Below the pieces are notes generated by a model. The model saw only the letters and a program-made list of their open reading frames with translations, was not told the DNA's origin and did no database searches. 64,000 nucleotides of DNA from Eremomyces bilateralis CBS 781.70 (Eukaryota): the NCBI GenBank assembly GCA_010015585.1, contig ML975159.1; one strand, given 5' to 3'. Below are positions 23,034-36,399 of this stretch, in pieces (position 1 is the first letter of the stretch; each line of letters starts with the position of its first letter). The position numbers and the translations under genes are program-made.

Positions 23034-26000
23034 GCCCGATAGACATCCGTCACTTCTCGATCATAAGATCGATCACGGTTAGTATATATCAAGGGATTGG
23101 ACTGCAAGACTGCGAAAGAAGCCAAAAACCTAGCAATAGAATGTGGATAGTGTAGTACAAATTGGGAAGTGAGGCATGATATCCTCTCCTACGCCGCCCT
23201 GATTCTTAAATGTACCTATATCGGACCCAGAAGTGAGTTTCCAGAACCCCATGAACTCGTGGCTGGGAATTGGACCCCATGATCCTGGGATTCTGGGAAT
23301 AATGTTTCGTCTCACTCATCGTCTTACGTACCGATCGCGACGTACGAGAGTCCAAAAGGTCCAAACCCCCTGAGAATCCTCAAACATGCTTCATGGCCTG
23401 GTCCGCTAGGGACTATTGCACCGGCCGACCAGCAAATGGCACGGCTTGCATATGCACGCGACGCGTAGAATGTGCCGGAGGACCAAAAGAGGAACACATC
23501 CAGCATGCGACAATTGGATCGACCATTGACGGTAGGGGAAAGGTGGTGGTGAGATGCTTACAGGTACAGGAAATCCGAATGTCGCTACCCCTCGCATGAC
23601 ATTGATACTGTAATTTGTCCAATGTCCATCCATAGCCATAAGGCTCACTGTAATATTGAAATGTCCGGCTGGGATGTGCTCCAGGGCTCCTTCTCGATCC
23701 TGCAGGCCGTGCCGTGTGCAACAGGCCAACCGATGCGGGTTCGAGAAGATCCGCCGTTCCGCCCCTTATTCGTTAATAGTTCGGCCAGGAACCGGGATGA
23801 ATAGCTCAACATTCTTGGTTTCCCTCGTGGTAATAAGCACTAGTCACTTATTTCCGGTACTTATCAGGTGTTAAGCGTCAGTCGGAGCATATTAACCGAA
23901 CAACCACGTTTCGCACTACGATGAAGCGAGAGGCTAGCAAATATGACGAACAAGACATTGCCAAGCTCGACGGTACAGTTGACTGTTGAGACGATGCGCG
24001 AACTGCGAAGATACAAGAATAGACAGGAGATACACACACGGTATTCGGTAGGAACTTGGAACCTCAAATTAACTTACAGCGATGATCCTTACTACGTAAA
24101 GCATCAAACCCAACCCTGTCGTGACAGTCTGCCAACAAAGATACCTGTGGTACTCAGGTACGGATCTCCTGTCCGGAGTCCCAATAAGAGGGATATCCTG
24201 GATCGATATGCGTATCAGACCTTGGAGGACTCTTCATCAACCCCTGCCTTGTGCAGTTTCGACTGCATGCAGCGGGGACGGTTCGATCCCCGTTCCCCCG
24301 AAACACGCATACCAATTGTTGATTGGCAGAAAGGGGACATATCGACTCTCGAGCCATCGTGAAATCCTTCCCGAATCCGTCCCGATCGCTCCACTTGGTT
24401 TAGCCTTTAGGGCACAAGGCGTGAATAGCGCAAGCATGGCTGGGTGCGAATAACGGGGGAGAATGAGGCCGCCGGGGCGAGATGTCTCACGCTCTGGACG
24501 TTTTGGTCAGGTCAGGACTGCAGGTATTTTAGGAGTTGGGACCGGTGACCCACTGTCATGAGTGTCACTACATCGCCACCAGGCACCAGTAATGAGCGTA
24601 TTAGGTATTTAACCGACTGGGCAAATCCCATCTTCTTAGGGCTTATCTTACCCATTGCATAAGCCGCCCGAATTCGGTGATGTGAGATGGTTGATTTCTC
24701 AACCTCAGGTACCAGGGACATCTCCATGACCGAGGAACTTGAACAATCGGAAATCATCCGAAAAGATCAGGTAATAGCCTATGTGACATTGACCACAAGG
24801 CAGACCTTAATATTGATATTGCCAAATGAGGAACGCAAAATCAAGTTGGTGCTCAGGTGGAAATGGAGTCTTTGACGTTGGCTGGTGTGGGCCCCAATCG
24901 CAGGCATCGAGTCCCCGCAGGAGAGTGAACCGCAAATTGCTGCTTCGCCGACCCCTGGGATCGGGTCATTGGTAATCGGAGGGTCCATGCTGTGATTGAT
25001 GACAGCCGAAAGATGACTATTACTTGTAAGTTCCATTAGTTAAGCTTTCTCATCGACAGTCAAGCATAGACAAGACATGAGTTTACGAGTTAGTGACACG
25101 TTCTATCGGGTATTATTATAGACGTTGTAAAGCGAGCGACGTGCGACCAATGACCACGAATTGCAGCGAAGACTTGGGGGACGCCGTCTAGAACGTTGAC
25201 CGTAATTAACTTAGTACGTACAACAAAGTAGGCTCTCGCCAATCGGTACTCTATGGCAATGGGCTCAAAATGCAGCCCATGCGCCGATAGACTGACAGCC
25301 ATATGGGTGAACAGCTGATATAGAGTTTGATACTTTATATCAATCGAATCTGGACCATCACAGCTGCTGCTCCATGTCCTCAGTTCTCATGACCTGTGTG
25401 GAACACCAAGTAACAGTATTGGAAGGCCCCAGAGAGAGTACACTCTCCTATTGCAGTATCGTCGAAGTTGGTATTAGTCTCGGTTTTTGTTCGTGGACGC
25501 TCCCCTGGGATCGAAAAGCAGATCCTGTGTATCTAGTGATACCTGAAACAGATGATGAACCCCCTCCAGTGGTCCCCCATCTGAGTAAATAGGAAAAAAC
25601 AAAAGCCAGATTGATCCGGGTCTACACCAAGAAATAAACATGCCTCGAGAGGACCAACGAATAGAGCTGCACAAGTCAAGCAAGCCCTAGATCTGATATG
25701 ATCTGAAAGACTGAGTGGAACTTTTCTTTACATAGTGCTGCTTCATGACCACCGATGAAATCGTGACAAACTGGCCTTCTAAAACGCTTCCCAGAATAAT
25801 AGCCAGTGGAAAATATGGAACTGGTAGTTACCCAGAACGAGCCAGGAATACCTAGGGGAGCGCATACAATTGTATACATTAAATTCTTCTAGTCAAGGCT
25901 TAAGTTTGTCATTGCGAGTGGTAGCAACTAATAGGTCACCTTGTTTTAGTTAGTTATCTAACGATAATTGACGAATCTAACTATATCTAGGAAATTTGTT

Positions 26001-26528
26001 GGCTGTTGATGTGGCGATGTCGAGTTGTCGACCAGTGACAGGAGGTCAGGGGCCCGAAAGTCAAAATATTCCCCCTTTTAGCACCAAGCACCAAGAATCA
26101 AACTCCTCACGCCAAGCTCCTACCGGCCACAGCTCGTATTAATTAATGGCTTTTTACTCGGAAGTCTAGAACAATCCTCGATGGCTGGGAATTCTGATGC
26201 GGGGATACGTATTTGATCTCCAAGATTCTCTGGAGTAAACATCGCACCCTACCTGTCGTCTACAAAGGATGATGCGCTACCTCTACGCTTCTGACACTGC
26301 ATATCCGACACCGCCATACATTGCCTGAACGCTTGCGAACACTGCCCTTCCTAAGCAATCACTCGCCCGAGTATCGAAACTGGGGAACCGCAGGTACGTA
26401 CCTGTGCTCTGGAAGGGTGATTACCACGGGTTGTTGTCCAAGCCGTGACCAGCATCATCGTTTTCGACTGCAGATCGCCTCACTGTTTGAAGAGAAAGTC
26501 CAAGTGCGCTTTCGTCTAGTCCTTCAAG

Positions 26529-27536
26529 ATGTCTGATCAAGATGATGGATTGAGACTGTTCATAACCGATATCCTTATCCTCTTCTCCATCGGCTTCCTG
26601 TCCGTCCAGTTCTTCAAATTCGTATCATGGAGCTATATATACATTCGCGCATCCACCCTCCCTAGATACCTCCCCCCACAAAAGAAGGTTCCAAACTGGT
26701 CTCTCGTCACCGGAGCCACCGATGGTGTCGGCCTCGCCCTCGCGCACGAGCTCGCCTTGCACCGCAACTCCTCCGTCATCATCCACGGTCGCAACCCGAC
26801 GAAGCTCGCGACCGTCGCCTCCTCGATCAGGTCCCAGCTTCCGCCGAACTCGCCCATCCGCATCGAGACCGTGGCCGCGGACGTGGTGGAACCGATCGCC
26901 GCCAGCCGCACGATCGCGACGTTCCTCGAGGGGAAAAACATCCGGATCAGCCTGCTGGTCAACTGCGTCGGTGGGACGGTGATGTTCGGGAGGAGATATG
27001 ACGGCCTTGACGAGATTAGCGAAGAGGCGGCTACGGGAATCATTAATCTCAATACCGTCTTTCCGGCGATGTTGACTCGCGCTGTGAAGCCGCGGTTGGC
27101 TCGGCCGGCCTGCATCATTAACCTTGGATCGTATGCCGGGACCGCCGGGTTTCCATTCCTCTCTTTCTACGCCGCCAGCAAATCGTTCAACATGACCTTC
27201 TCCACGTCCCTAAACCGGGAGATGCATGCACTGAACCAAGACATTGAGGTCCTCGGCGTGGTGCTTGGGAGCGTCCGCACTGAGAGCTCCGGGCTGATTA
27301 CGAGAGACGCGTCAGGGAAAGTCGGACTGGAATATCCGGCGTTTTTCATCCCGACGCCAGAGGATATGGCCAATGCCATCTTGGCTCGAGTGGGTTGTGG
27401 AAGGCACGTGGTGGTCGGTTATCTTGGCCACGCGTTGCAGGCGATACCGATGGAATGGCTACCTAACGCCCTGACGGAGGTGATGGCGATGGAGGCGACC
27501 TTGCGGAGGTGGAAAGCGGAGAGAAAAGGGGAATAG
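26529..27536 (+). CDS. Short-chain dehydrogenase/reductase (3-ketoacyl-CoA reductase / 17beta-HSD-like), single exon
   Basis: N-terminal TM segment, VTGATDGVG Rossmann motif, LLVNCVGG, NLGS, catalytic YAASK. Confidence 0.9.
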   Translation: MSDQDDGLRLFITDILILFSIGFLSVQFFKFVSWSYIYIRASTLPRYLPPQKKVPNWSLVTGATDGVGLALAHELALHRNSSVIIHGRNPTKLATVASSIRSQLPPNSPIRIETVAADVVEPIAASRTIATFLEGKNIRISLLVNCVGGTVMFGRRYDGLDEISEEAATGIINLNTVFPAMLTRAVKPRLARPACIINLGSYAGTAGFPFLSFYAASKSFNMTFSTSLNREMHALNQDIEVLGVVLGSVRTESSGLITRDASGKVGLEYPAFFIPTPEDMANAILARVGCGRHVVVGYLGHALQAIPMEWLPNALTEVMAMEATLRRWKAERKGE

Positions 27537-27814
27537 ACGGCTCAGATACTGAGGACGTCGGATGATGAATGGAGAAATCCTTGTCCGTAATGGAAAGGGA
27601 GTAGCTCCTTGGGATTGAGGTCAAGACGGTACTATGAGCGAGAGAAGAGTGGTTTCGGTCGAATCTTCCAACGACTAATTTCGAGGGGTTTCTATACTAA
27701 ATTTGCTACCAACGCGAAGCTCATACACGCAGGGAGGTATGTTGGAGAAATGGCTTCTCGGACTACCATTTGAATCCGTCTCCATCAATCTGCACTCGAA
27801 GAACGCCTTGTATT

Positions 27815-29588
27815 TCATTTAGATAAGGCGTCGAGGACAACCTTGGTTGCCTCAATAACCTTTTCCTCTTCGAGCCGTCTCGCCACGAGTTGCAAGCTAA
27901 TGGGCATGCCAAGAACAGCTTGAGCATCATCTAAGTTCAATGTCAGCAACATATCAACCTTGAAAGTTTCCAGCCTTACATTCAGAATTGATCTCTTCGT
28001 CAATTGAAGTGAGGGGTTTGAAACCAGCACCGGTCGCCTTGTCGGCATCCTGATCCACTGAGAGGCCGGTCGGGAATGATGTGGCTGCGTAGTCAAGGAC
28101 GTTATAAACGCCCGTGTATCCAACATGCTTGAACTGGCCGTTCTTCACCGTTGCGAATGGGGTTGTAGGCAGCAGGAGCACGTCGATACCAGCGTTGTTC
28201 CAACGGTCCAGGTATCTCTTCTGGATTTCGTTCCGCTGGATGTGAAGTTGCCACATGTCATATCCCCCCACTTCTTTCGCCTGCTCGTACGCGGACATCT
28301 CTTCTCGGAACGGCTCACCAGTCCCCTTGAGCGTTTCTCTGACCGATTTGCCTCCATCAGAGACGAACGACCGCGCGAGCACGCTGAGTAACTCGGCATG
28401 GTCTTCATGGGACCAGTCGACCAGTTCATGGCCAGCTGCCTTCAACTTCTGAACGGTGTGCTCGAGAGCTCGCTTGACGGGGGGAGTTGGCGTGACCATT
28501 CCATCATTCCACAACACTCCGATCTTCAGCTTCTGGGGGAGCTCGGCACTCCGCCATGGAATCGGAATGCAGCGAGGGTCAGAAATCCAAGGCTCTGCGC
28601 CAACCACTGTCTTACAGTACAACTCTAGATCGTTGAGATTTGGTGTCATGGGACCGTTCACACTTAGCACGGCTTCCTGGCCGGCCAACCCTGCACGGCA
28701 CCGCGTGGTTGGGAATCGTCCTGATGAAGGACGAAGTGTGAAGATACCAGTGCAAGCGGCTGGGATCCGGAGCGAACCACCTATATGAGCAGGAGTCAGT
28801 GTTCTGCAACTAACCATAGCGGAGCTAGGGGGATTGACTGACCAATATCGGACCCGACGCCGACTACACTACCTCCGAACGCGATGAGTGCGGACTCACC
28901 ACCAGAGCTGCCTCCACTGGTGAGGTTCCTATTTCTAGGGTGGACGGTCCGGCCAAAGACATTATTAACGGATTCTGCGATCATCATGGCCGTTGGAACA
29001 TTCGTCTTAACGTAGAACACGGCGCCAGCCCCGCGGAGGATCTCCGCCAAGACACTGTCATACTTGGCCGGGTCATTGACATAGGCAATGAATCCGACCG
29101 TGGAGTCAATTCCCTTCAAATTGAAGTTGTCCTTCAAGGAAATGGGCAGACCATGGAGCGGACCGATAGGCTTGCCTGTTCGTGCGAGATGCTCATCGAG
29201 CGAACGGGCCGTGTCAAGGGCTGCCGCGAAGAGCGTCTCGGATAGGCAATTTGTCTGGATATCGCAGTCAGAATGGGAACCGATGGATCATTTAGGTACG
29301 GGTATTTACCAATTGATGAGCAGCGGCCGCCCTCTTACAGAACGCCTTTGTCACCTCCTCGCTCTTCAACTCCCCTGAGGCGAGTTTCTGGAGCAACTGT
29401 GTCGCCGTGCTACCGGTAATCTCAAGCTCTTTCTCCGTAAACCAGCCCGAGGATTTCGGGAATCCAGTGACATCTTCTTGTGTCTCGGCCGGAAAGATGT
29501 CGGCTGGGATACGCCATTCCGAGGGGATACTGTCAGATAGCGCCTTTCGCTTTGCAGCGGCAATAGCTTCCCATCCCTGGTTAGACAT
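27815..29588 (-). CDS. Amidase-signature enzyme (general amidase / acetamidase-like), multi-exon
   Basis: AFCKRAAAAHQL|NCL, GPLHGLPISLKD, FYVKTNVP, SGGSSGGESAL, GSDIG|GSLRIPAA, GMPISLQLVARRLEEEK. Confidence 0.93.
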
Positions 29589-30494
29589 GTTGGTCACTGA
29601 GGTCTGAAACGGTAAGTAATAGATATTTCTTATCTCCGGACTATATCCTGCAGCTTTATCTCAGCTTGGCGTGTTTTTGTTGAGATTTCCTCAGCGAGAC
29701 ATCCCACTGTAGATAGACACATTATAAGTACCGGTAGAAGCTGTTGAACGAACGGCTTATCGCGGTTTAGCCTGAGCCTTCCCTTTCCCCCACTACGTTC
29801 TCGGCATCTACAGTACAGGAATTCGGCGCTGTTCGGCCGATTGCGACTTTGCGACTTCGCAAGTTTGATACCGAGCCGCGCCTGGGAAAGGCGCCGTGTC
29901 TGACTGGTCGACCGGACAACTCGACGACACATAGTTCGGCTGCTCTCTGGACTCCGCACCGGATTGGCGGCAAGCCGGCAAAAACCAACATGGAATACGA
30001 AGATTACGAGCCAGTTGCCGAATCACGATTGGTACTGTTGCGTGTGGGTCCAGGGACCGGTGCCGCGCGAACTGCCGCTACAGCGCTGGACTGGTTGGGT
30101 AATCTTGAGGCTAGAGATATCTCCAAATCCCCAACCGAACCAGTAACCACCGCCATGGCAGTGGATATATCCCCCTCCGCTTGCAGGGAACTGGTTAGTC
30201 TTATTATCGCTTCGGAAATTGACTACCATATTCCCCATGGAGTCCAAGACGTTCGACACCGAAAGCGGCGATAGATGTGGGGATCTGCATTGTCCCAACC
30301 GCCCCCCAGGGTCCTACCACGCGACCTGTCCAAGAGGGGAGTTCTAGACTTGGAATCCCCAGATACTACTAAAGGACATCAGCGGACAGGTCGCGCGGAA
30401 AGGCATTTGTGTTTTCTTTCTTACAATGCGCATCCTCTTTCGACGGTAACCTCTATCTAAAGGGTATCTTGGACTGCCCAGTCCGACATTCAAT

Positions 30495-32141
30495 ATGGGG
30501 TTCAAACTGCGAGACTATTTCCGGGTGGAATACAAGCCAGGGGAGAGGAAGTTGCTCCAAAAGATCGACTTCTTCATTCTTACCTTCTGCTGTCTGTCCT
30601 ATCTGATGAACTATGTGAGTGGAAATCCTTTGAACGGCGGAGAACATCGCTAACAGGATCCAACAGCTGGATCGGAGCAATCTAGCCAACGCCTACGTGA
30701 CGGGAATGAAAGAAGAGTTGAATTTCCACGGGAATCAATTGAACATTATCAACACCGTCTTCACGGTTGGATATATCATTGGGCAAATCCCGTCCAATCT
30801 GTCCCTGCACTATATTCCGCCACGATATTTCTTCCCCGGGATGATGTTAGTCTGGGCGGGGTTGACCATGGTCACGGCATCCGCGAAGAGGCCGGAGTCG
30901 ATCATGGCCATCCGGTTCTTCCAAGGTATCGCGGAATCATCGACATTCGTTGGTACGCACTACATTCTTGGGTCGTGGTACACCGAGCGAGAACTGGGGA
31001 AACGAAGCGGGATCTTCACTGCATCCGGCTTGGTTGGCACCATGATCGGAGGATTTATTCAAAGCGGCATAAACGAGAGCATGAACGGTCTTCACGGACT
31101 GTCCGGCTGGAGATGGCTCTTCATTGTATGAATCCCCTGGATGATGAAAGGATCTCCGACTAACATGTGTAAGATTGACGGTCTTATCACCCTCCCGGTT
31201 GCCATATACGGCCTCATCTTTTTCCCCGACACGCCGCAGACCACCAAAGCATTCTACTTCTCCGAAGAAGAGAAGAAGATGGCGGTCGCTCGAGTCCCCA
31301 AAAAGCGTGAGCGGTCCCCCCTCACCATGTCGTTCTTCAAGAAAGTCGTCCTCTCCTGGCACTGGTGGGGCTTCGTCGTTCTCTGGATCATCGCCGGCGA
31401 GACCGAGTCGTTCAGCACCAACACCCTGCTCGCGCTCTACCAGAAATCTCATCCGTACATCAAGTACACGGTATCGCAGAACAACAACTACCCGACCGGC
31501 GTCGCCGCCGTCGGCATCGTGTCAACGCTCTTTTGGGCCACGCTGACCGATATTCTCGCGGGCAAGCGATATCTGGTCGGCTATTTCATCGGCATCATAG
31601 GCATCGTCACCTCGGCGATGATTCTTGCCGCATCGAAAGACCCGATGAATCCTTCGTCGACCACCATGGTGTTTGTGGCGTACTATATGGCAGGTACCGT
31701 CTACGCGTAAGTCTCATCTGGAAGCCTGGAGTATCTTCTCGACCATTCTAACGCGTCGCAGATGCCAAGCGACCTTTTTCGCGTGGGCCAACGATGCGAT
31801 GCGATACCACGAAGACGTGTACCGTGGAGTGGTCATCGCGGGTATGAATCTGGGCAGTAACTCCTTCAACGCATGGTGGAGCATCTTGTTCTATGGAGTG
31901 TCCATGGCACCGTGGTTCAAGGTAAGCCGCTCCTCGCACGCCTATGAATGCAGGGATATGACTCTAACATGGCCAACAGCGCGGTATGTGGGCGATGATC
32001 GCGTGCTCGATCCTCCTCGCTATCTGGACCGGAGGATTGTCGTTCTTCCAAGTACGGGAAGAGAAGGCGCGAGCTCGGGAGCTGCAGGAGCAAGAGGGTC
32101 ATCTGGAGGAGAAATCCGTATCGATCGACACCAAGGTATAG
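30495..32141 (+). CDS. MFS transporter, anion:cation symporter family (Fen2/Liz1/Seo1-like), multi-exon
   Basis: ERKLLQKIDFFILTFCCLSYLMNY|LDRSNLANAYVTGMKEEL, RFFQGIAES, LGSWYTERELGKRSGIF, GWRWLFI|IDGLITLP, FPDTP. Confidence 0.92.
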
Positions 32142-32598
32142 CTTGAGGCGTGTCTGGATGGTTTTAAACAGCGAATTAGAGCGATGTATTAAAATCTGTA
32201 ACCAGCGAAATATATATACCATTGTTTATCTCTACATACCAATTCGTTCCTAGATGATTTCCACGTAGATCAAGTAGATAAGGTGCTCACCTGATTGATT
32301 CGACCGCTTTCGTATGTTGCTGTCTCTTCCCCACGGCAGAATGCAGTGAGCCAGTGACGTATTACCAGTTTACCACCGAATTCGGGCCAGTCTCCAAAAC
32401 TTCGGCGTCCTCCGCGGCTCCGCCATCATTCCCCTCCACACTCCATAACGCCAATTCCCTGCACAGATTTATATCCACCGAAATATCCCATTTTCCCATC
32501 CTCATCCCTCTCCCATCTTCCATCTCCCCAATTCCGCTAACCGATTCCCTCCAACCCACCAATCGACCTGCAACCGCCCGAATTCCCCTCCCACATAT

Positions 32599-33105
32599 AT
32601 GCCCTTCCCCTCGTCAACCACCACGACGACCTCCAACCCCACCACTACCACAGCATCTCCATCCAACCCCTCCTCCCGTCTCGCCCACCTCTCCGCCCAC
32701 TTCTCCCCCACCACCATGACCACCCCCCCTCGCCCCCCCATCACCTGCCACATCCTCGACACCACCACTGGCCGCCCTGCCCCCTCCATCCCCACCACCC
32801 TCACCTCCCTCACCGCAACCCCCCTCACCTACACTGCACTCACCAACCCCGACGGCCGCGTCACTGCCTGGACGCCCGCCCCCGCCACCCCCGACCTCCG
32901 CACCACCTTCGACAAATTCGCCGCCGCCGGCGCCCCGACGCTCTGGGAGGTGCGGTTCGAGACCGGGGCGTATTTCGAGGGGAAAGGGGTGAGTCCTTTT
33001 TTTCCAGAGGTGACAGTGCGGTTTCAGGTGGGGGAGTATGGGGAGCATTATCATGTGCCGTTGTTGGTGGGGCCGTTTACTTATACGACGTATAGGGGGT
33101 CGTGA
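32599..33105 (+). CDS. 5-hydroxyisourate hydrolase (transthyretin-like) with an N-terminal PTS2-like extension
   Basis: ITCHILDTTTGRPA, TNPDGRV, FFPEVTVRF, HYHVPLLVGPFTYTTYRGS (diagnostic C-terminal YRGS). Second in-frame ATG at 32716. Confidence 0.94.
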   Translation: MPFPSSTTTTTSNPTTTTASPSNPSSRLAHLSAHFSPTTMTTPPRPPITCHILDTTTGRPAPSIPTTLTSLTATPLTYTALTNPDGRVTAWTPAPATPDLRTTFDKFAAAGAPTLWEVRFETGAYFEGKGVSPFFPEVTVRFQVGEYGEHYHVPLLVGPFTYTTYRGS

Positions 33106-34197
33106 GGAGGAAGGGAGGGGAAGGTGGGTTGATGGGATGGTGGGGGAAAGATACGTTTAGGAGCATCGTGGGGATAGGGTTGGGCTGGAATGTATGCGAT
33201 CGGGACGGCGGGCTCTCCCTGTGTGACTCTTGCTCGACCTTGATCTGCAGACAAAGGAAACTGCGTGAATACGGATCGAAGAGGCTGTATATCTTCCCCC
33301 TAGTCTGCCAGCCCTGTGCGTCAATGGAAATTAGAACCCCATCAACCCTTTCGGATAGGCCGATTTGAGAGACTACAGCGGGAACGGGAGATCTCTTCCC
33401 CTGACACACCCAGATCATAATTACCAACACATAGGATAAAGTCATGGGCGACCATTGAAGTAATAATTCATATTCGCATTCTCTCCACCTATCTCTTCCG
33501 ATCATGTTTCCGTGTCTCCCTATATAACAACCCATACTACATCCCCCATCTCACATGAATCCCATTCTGTAACCGGCAAACTGTACGATACATTATAAAC
33601 TGCACACATGCTTTCCACCGGAATCGATGGAGAATTAGCGAATCCCGATGCCCTGGCTTCTCGAATAGTTGCTTCCCTTCCAGCCCACTCATCCCGCTCC
33701 TCGCGGTATTGCCGTCATGGTCGTCGGTCGGGAGGAAGCGTCCATTGCGCGCTTCTTACCCCCCGAGCGGAGTGGAAATAGAAGGCGCGATCGGCCACCC
33801 GCTCCGGTCCGTATAAACAAATCGTGGTGCCGGTATTTTAGAGGAGGGAAGATGGAATGCGAAAGACCAAGAAGCCATTGAGCGAGGAGAAAGCACAAGA
33901 CACGCGTTCGGAAACGCACGTGGAACAAAATAAATCGATTGCAAAGTGCAACGACAAGGGATCCCGCCGACCGACCACCTGGTATGTTTCGTTGTTGTTC
34001 GCCCCCCATCCGTGTTTCCCCATTTTTGGTAAAAATAAAAGAAAAAAACGCCGACCCAGACCGTCCTCCGTGCCGTTGGCTTCGTGGATGAGAAGAGAAA
34101 ACACACAAGACGAAAGGGGATTCGAAGCTCGGGCGAAAGGTGACCTGCGTGGAAGAGTCTCCGACACGAACCATCGCATGAGAAACTCTACATCAAG

Positions 34198-36399
34198 CTA
34201 GCTGGCAAAGGGTCAGTGACGGTCCTCGTACGCTGCATGTAGTGCTGCAGAATCAGATATGATTGGATGGGGGAACTTACTTCCGTTGCACATTAGCCTG
34301 GTTCCCTCCAGCAACGCCCATCATCCCCATCCCCACGCCATTCGGCATATTCCCCATCCCGTATGGCCCCGCCGGCATGCCCATGCCGACCATGCCGACA
34401 TTCCCCGGCGCACCGCTCACCCCGAGCATGTTCCCACCCATGGGGTTACCGGCGCCCGGGCCGTCGAGCATATTGGACAGCGCGGCGCTGTTGAGGCCTT
34501 GGGCCTGGGAGACGGGGCAGTCTTTGTGGGCCATGAGGAGGGTCTTGAGGGTGACGATTTCTTCGCGGAGATGGTTGACGGTGGAGGTGAGGTGGTCGTT
34601 CTCGGTGGTGTAGAGTTCGCATTTTTGCTGGAGGTTGGCGAGCCATTGCTTCTTGCGCTGGCGGCACTTAAGCGCGGCGACGCTGCGATGGGTCAGTATC
34701 TCGTCGTGGAAGGAATTCAAGGAGAATGTCATACCGATTCCGCTCCAAAAAGTTCTTTCGCTTCTCTTCATCCGTCATCTTCTTGCCCTTCTCGTTCAGC
34801 ATCATTTCCTCGTCCTTCATGTCTTCGTCGTCGTCACTATTTTCATCGTGGGTGTTACTTCCGACGCTCCCAAAGCTCTGCTTGCTGCGCTTATTGGCGT
34901 TACCCTTCGCGGGGGTTTCCTCCTCCCTCTTCCTCCGATTGTTGGCGGCACCCTTGGTCGCGCCCTTCCGGCCTTTTGATCGCGTCAACGGCTTCGATGC
35001 GCTTGGGGGTTCGCTTTCGCTATCCGACATGTTTTCGTTGGTGTCGGGAGCGGAGATACTACCGATGCTGCTGTGCTTCCCGGCAGGTTTCACCATCGGG
35101 CTCGCGTCGGGTCCAGGAGCAACCGATGTCGGCGGGTTGGGGACGGCGAAAGAGTTCGCACCGTTCCGCGCGCCGTTGGCTTGGGCGAGCATGAAGAGGC
35201 CGTTGGCAGCGTCGTTAGCGTCCCCAGCAAATGGATCATGCCCGCCCGCTTGGGTCGTCGCTGGGTATGCTTTGGTGTCCATCCCCGTGGTTGCCGGAGG
35301 CTGTGACGTCGGAGGGTTGGCACCACCCTTCGCCGCGTTGACCGCGAGTGCGGTGCGTTGGAATTCGAGGGTGCCAGGTGTCTGGCCTCCTCCCGCAAAC
35401 GAATTAAACAGAGCTTGTGAGTTAGGGCTCGGCGCAGGAAACATTGTGCCGCCACCGCCCGGAGTCAGACCGGTCCGTAGCGATGATTCGTTCGGGGTAG
35501 GGAAGCCACGCGAAAACGAGGGTTCACCGAAGTAGTCGCCGGGATTAGCTGGGCCAGCTAGCATGGCCGGGCTCAATGGCCCCGATCGTAATGAGTTGGT
35601 CCAGCCAGGTGTATTGCCGGGTAATAGGGATGATGGAGAGGTCAGGCTTGCCACGCCAGGTAGGAAAGACTTCCCCGGTGTCTCGGTAGATGACGACCCA
35701 AACTGCGCTTCGAACGGGTTGGGTTCGTATAAATGTTGTTGGTTATTGTTGTGGAGGGAGGAGAAATAGTCGGGAGTGTCAGTGGCGGTCGATGTCTGTG
35801 CTGGACGAGGAGGAGGGGCGAGTGGTTGGGCATTGGATGTTGGATTCGAGTCTTGAGTAACCTTTGAGTCGTTTCTTGCCTCCGTCGAAGGGGCTGAGGT
35901 CGATCCGGTGGTATCTGCATTGACTGCATTAGAACTGAATGGAATCTAATGATGTGCGATGATGGAGGATGATGCGACGATACCTGCGGCTCGAGAGGTG
36001 GAAGAGTCGTTGGCTTCTTGTTTCAGCTCAGCGTCGGACTCGTCCTTACTCGGCTCTTCAGGCGCAAGACGGTCAGCACTTGATCGACACACAGTCAAAC
36101 AGGTGAAGAGGGTCAATGAGGGTATGGGGCAATGGAATCAAGGCGTTCGTGATGAATACAATCGTATCGTGATGAGGCGATGAGTGCGCGCGATCAAGAC
36201 CATGGTTTTCCATCGCGTCAAAATGTGCACGACGCCACGATAGCGACCCAAGACGACGGTGATCGAAGAGTGATGAGGGAACGAGACTAAACCCACCTTC
36301 CGACTTTAGAGCATTGGAACGCTTTGTATCCTTCGGTGATGACATTCTGTTGTTGAGGTGAGGTGAGTTGTTGGAACTTCGAGTCGCAACTGCAGCCAT
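34198..36399 (-). CDS. atfA: ATF/CREB bZIP transcription factor (AtfA/Atf1), multi-exon
   Basis: EPNPFEAQF, LRSGPLSPAMLAGP and LRTGLTPGGGG (Aft1-type domains). bZIP EEKRKNFLERNR|VAALKCRQRKKQWLANLQ...LLMAHKDCPV. The last exon and stop are uncertain. Confidence 0.93.
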
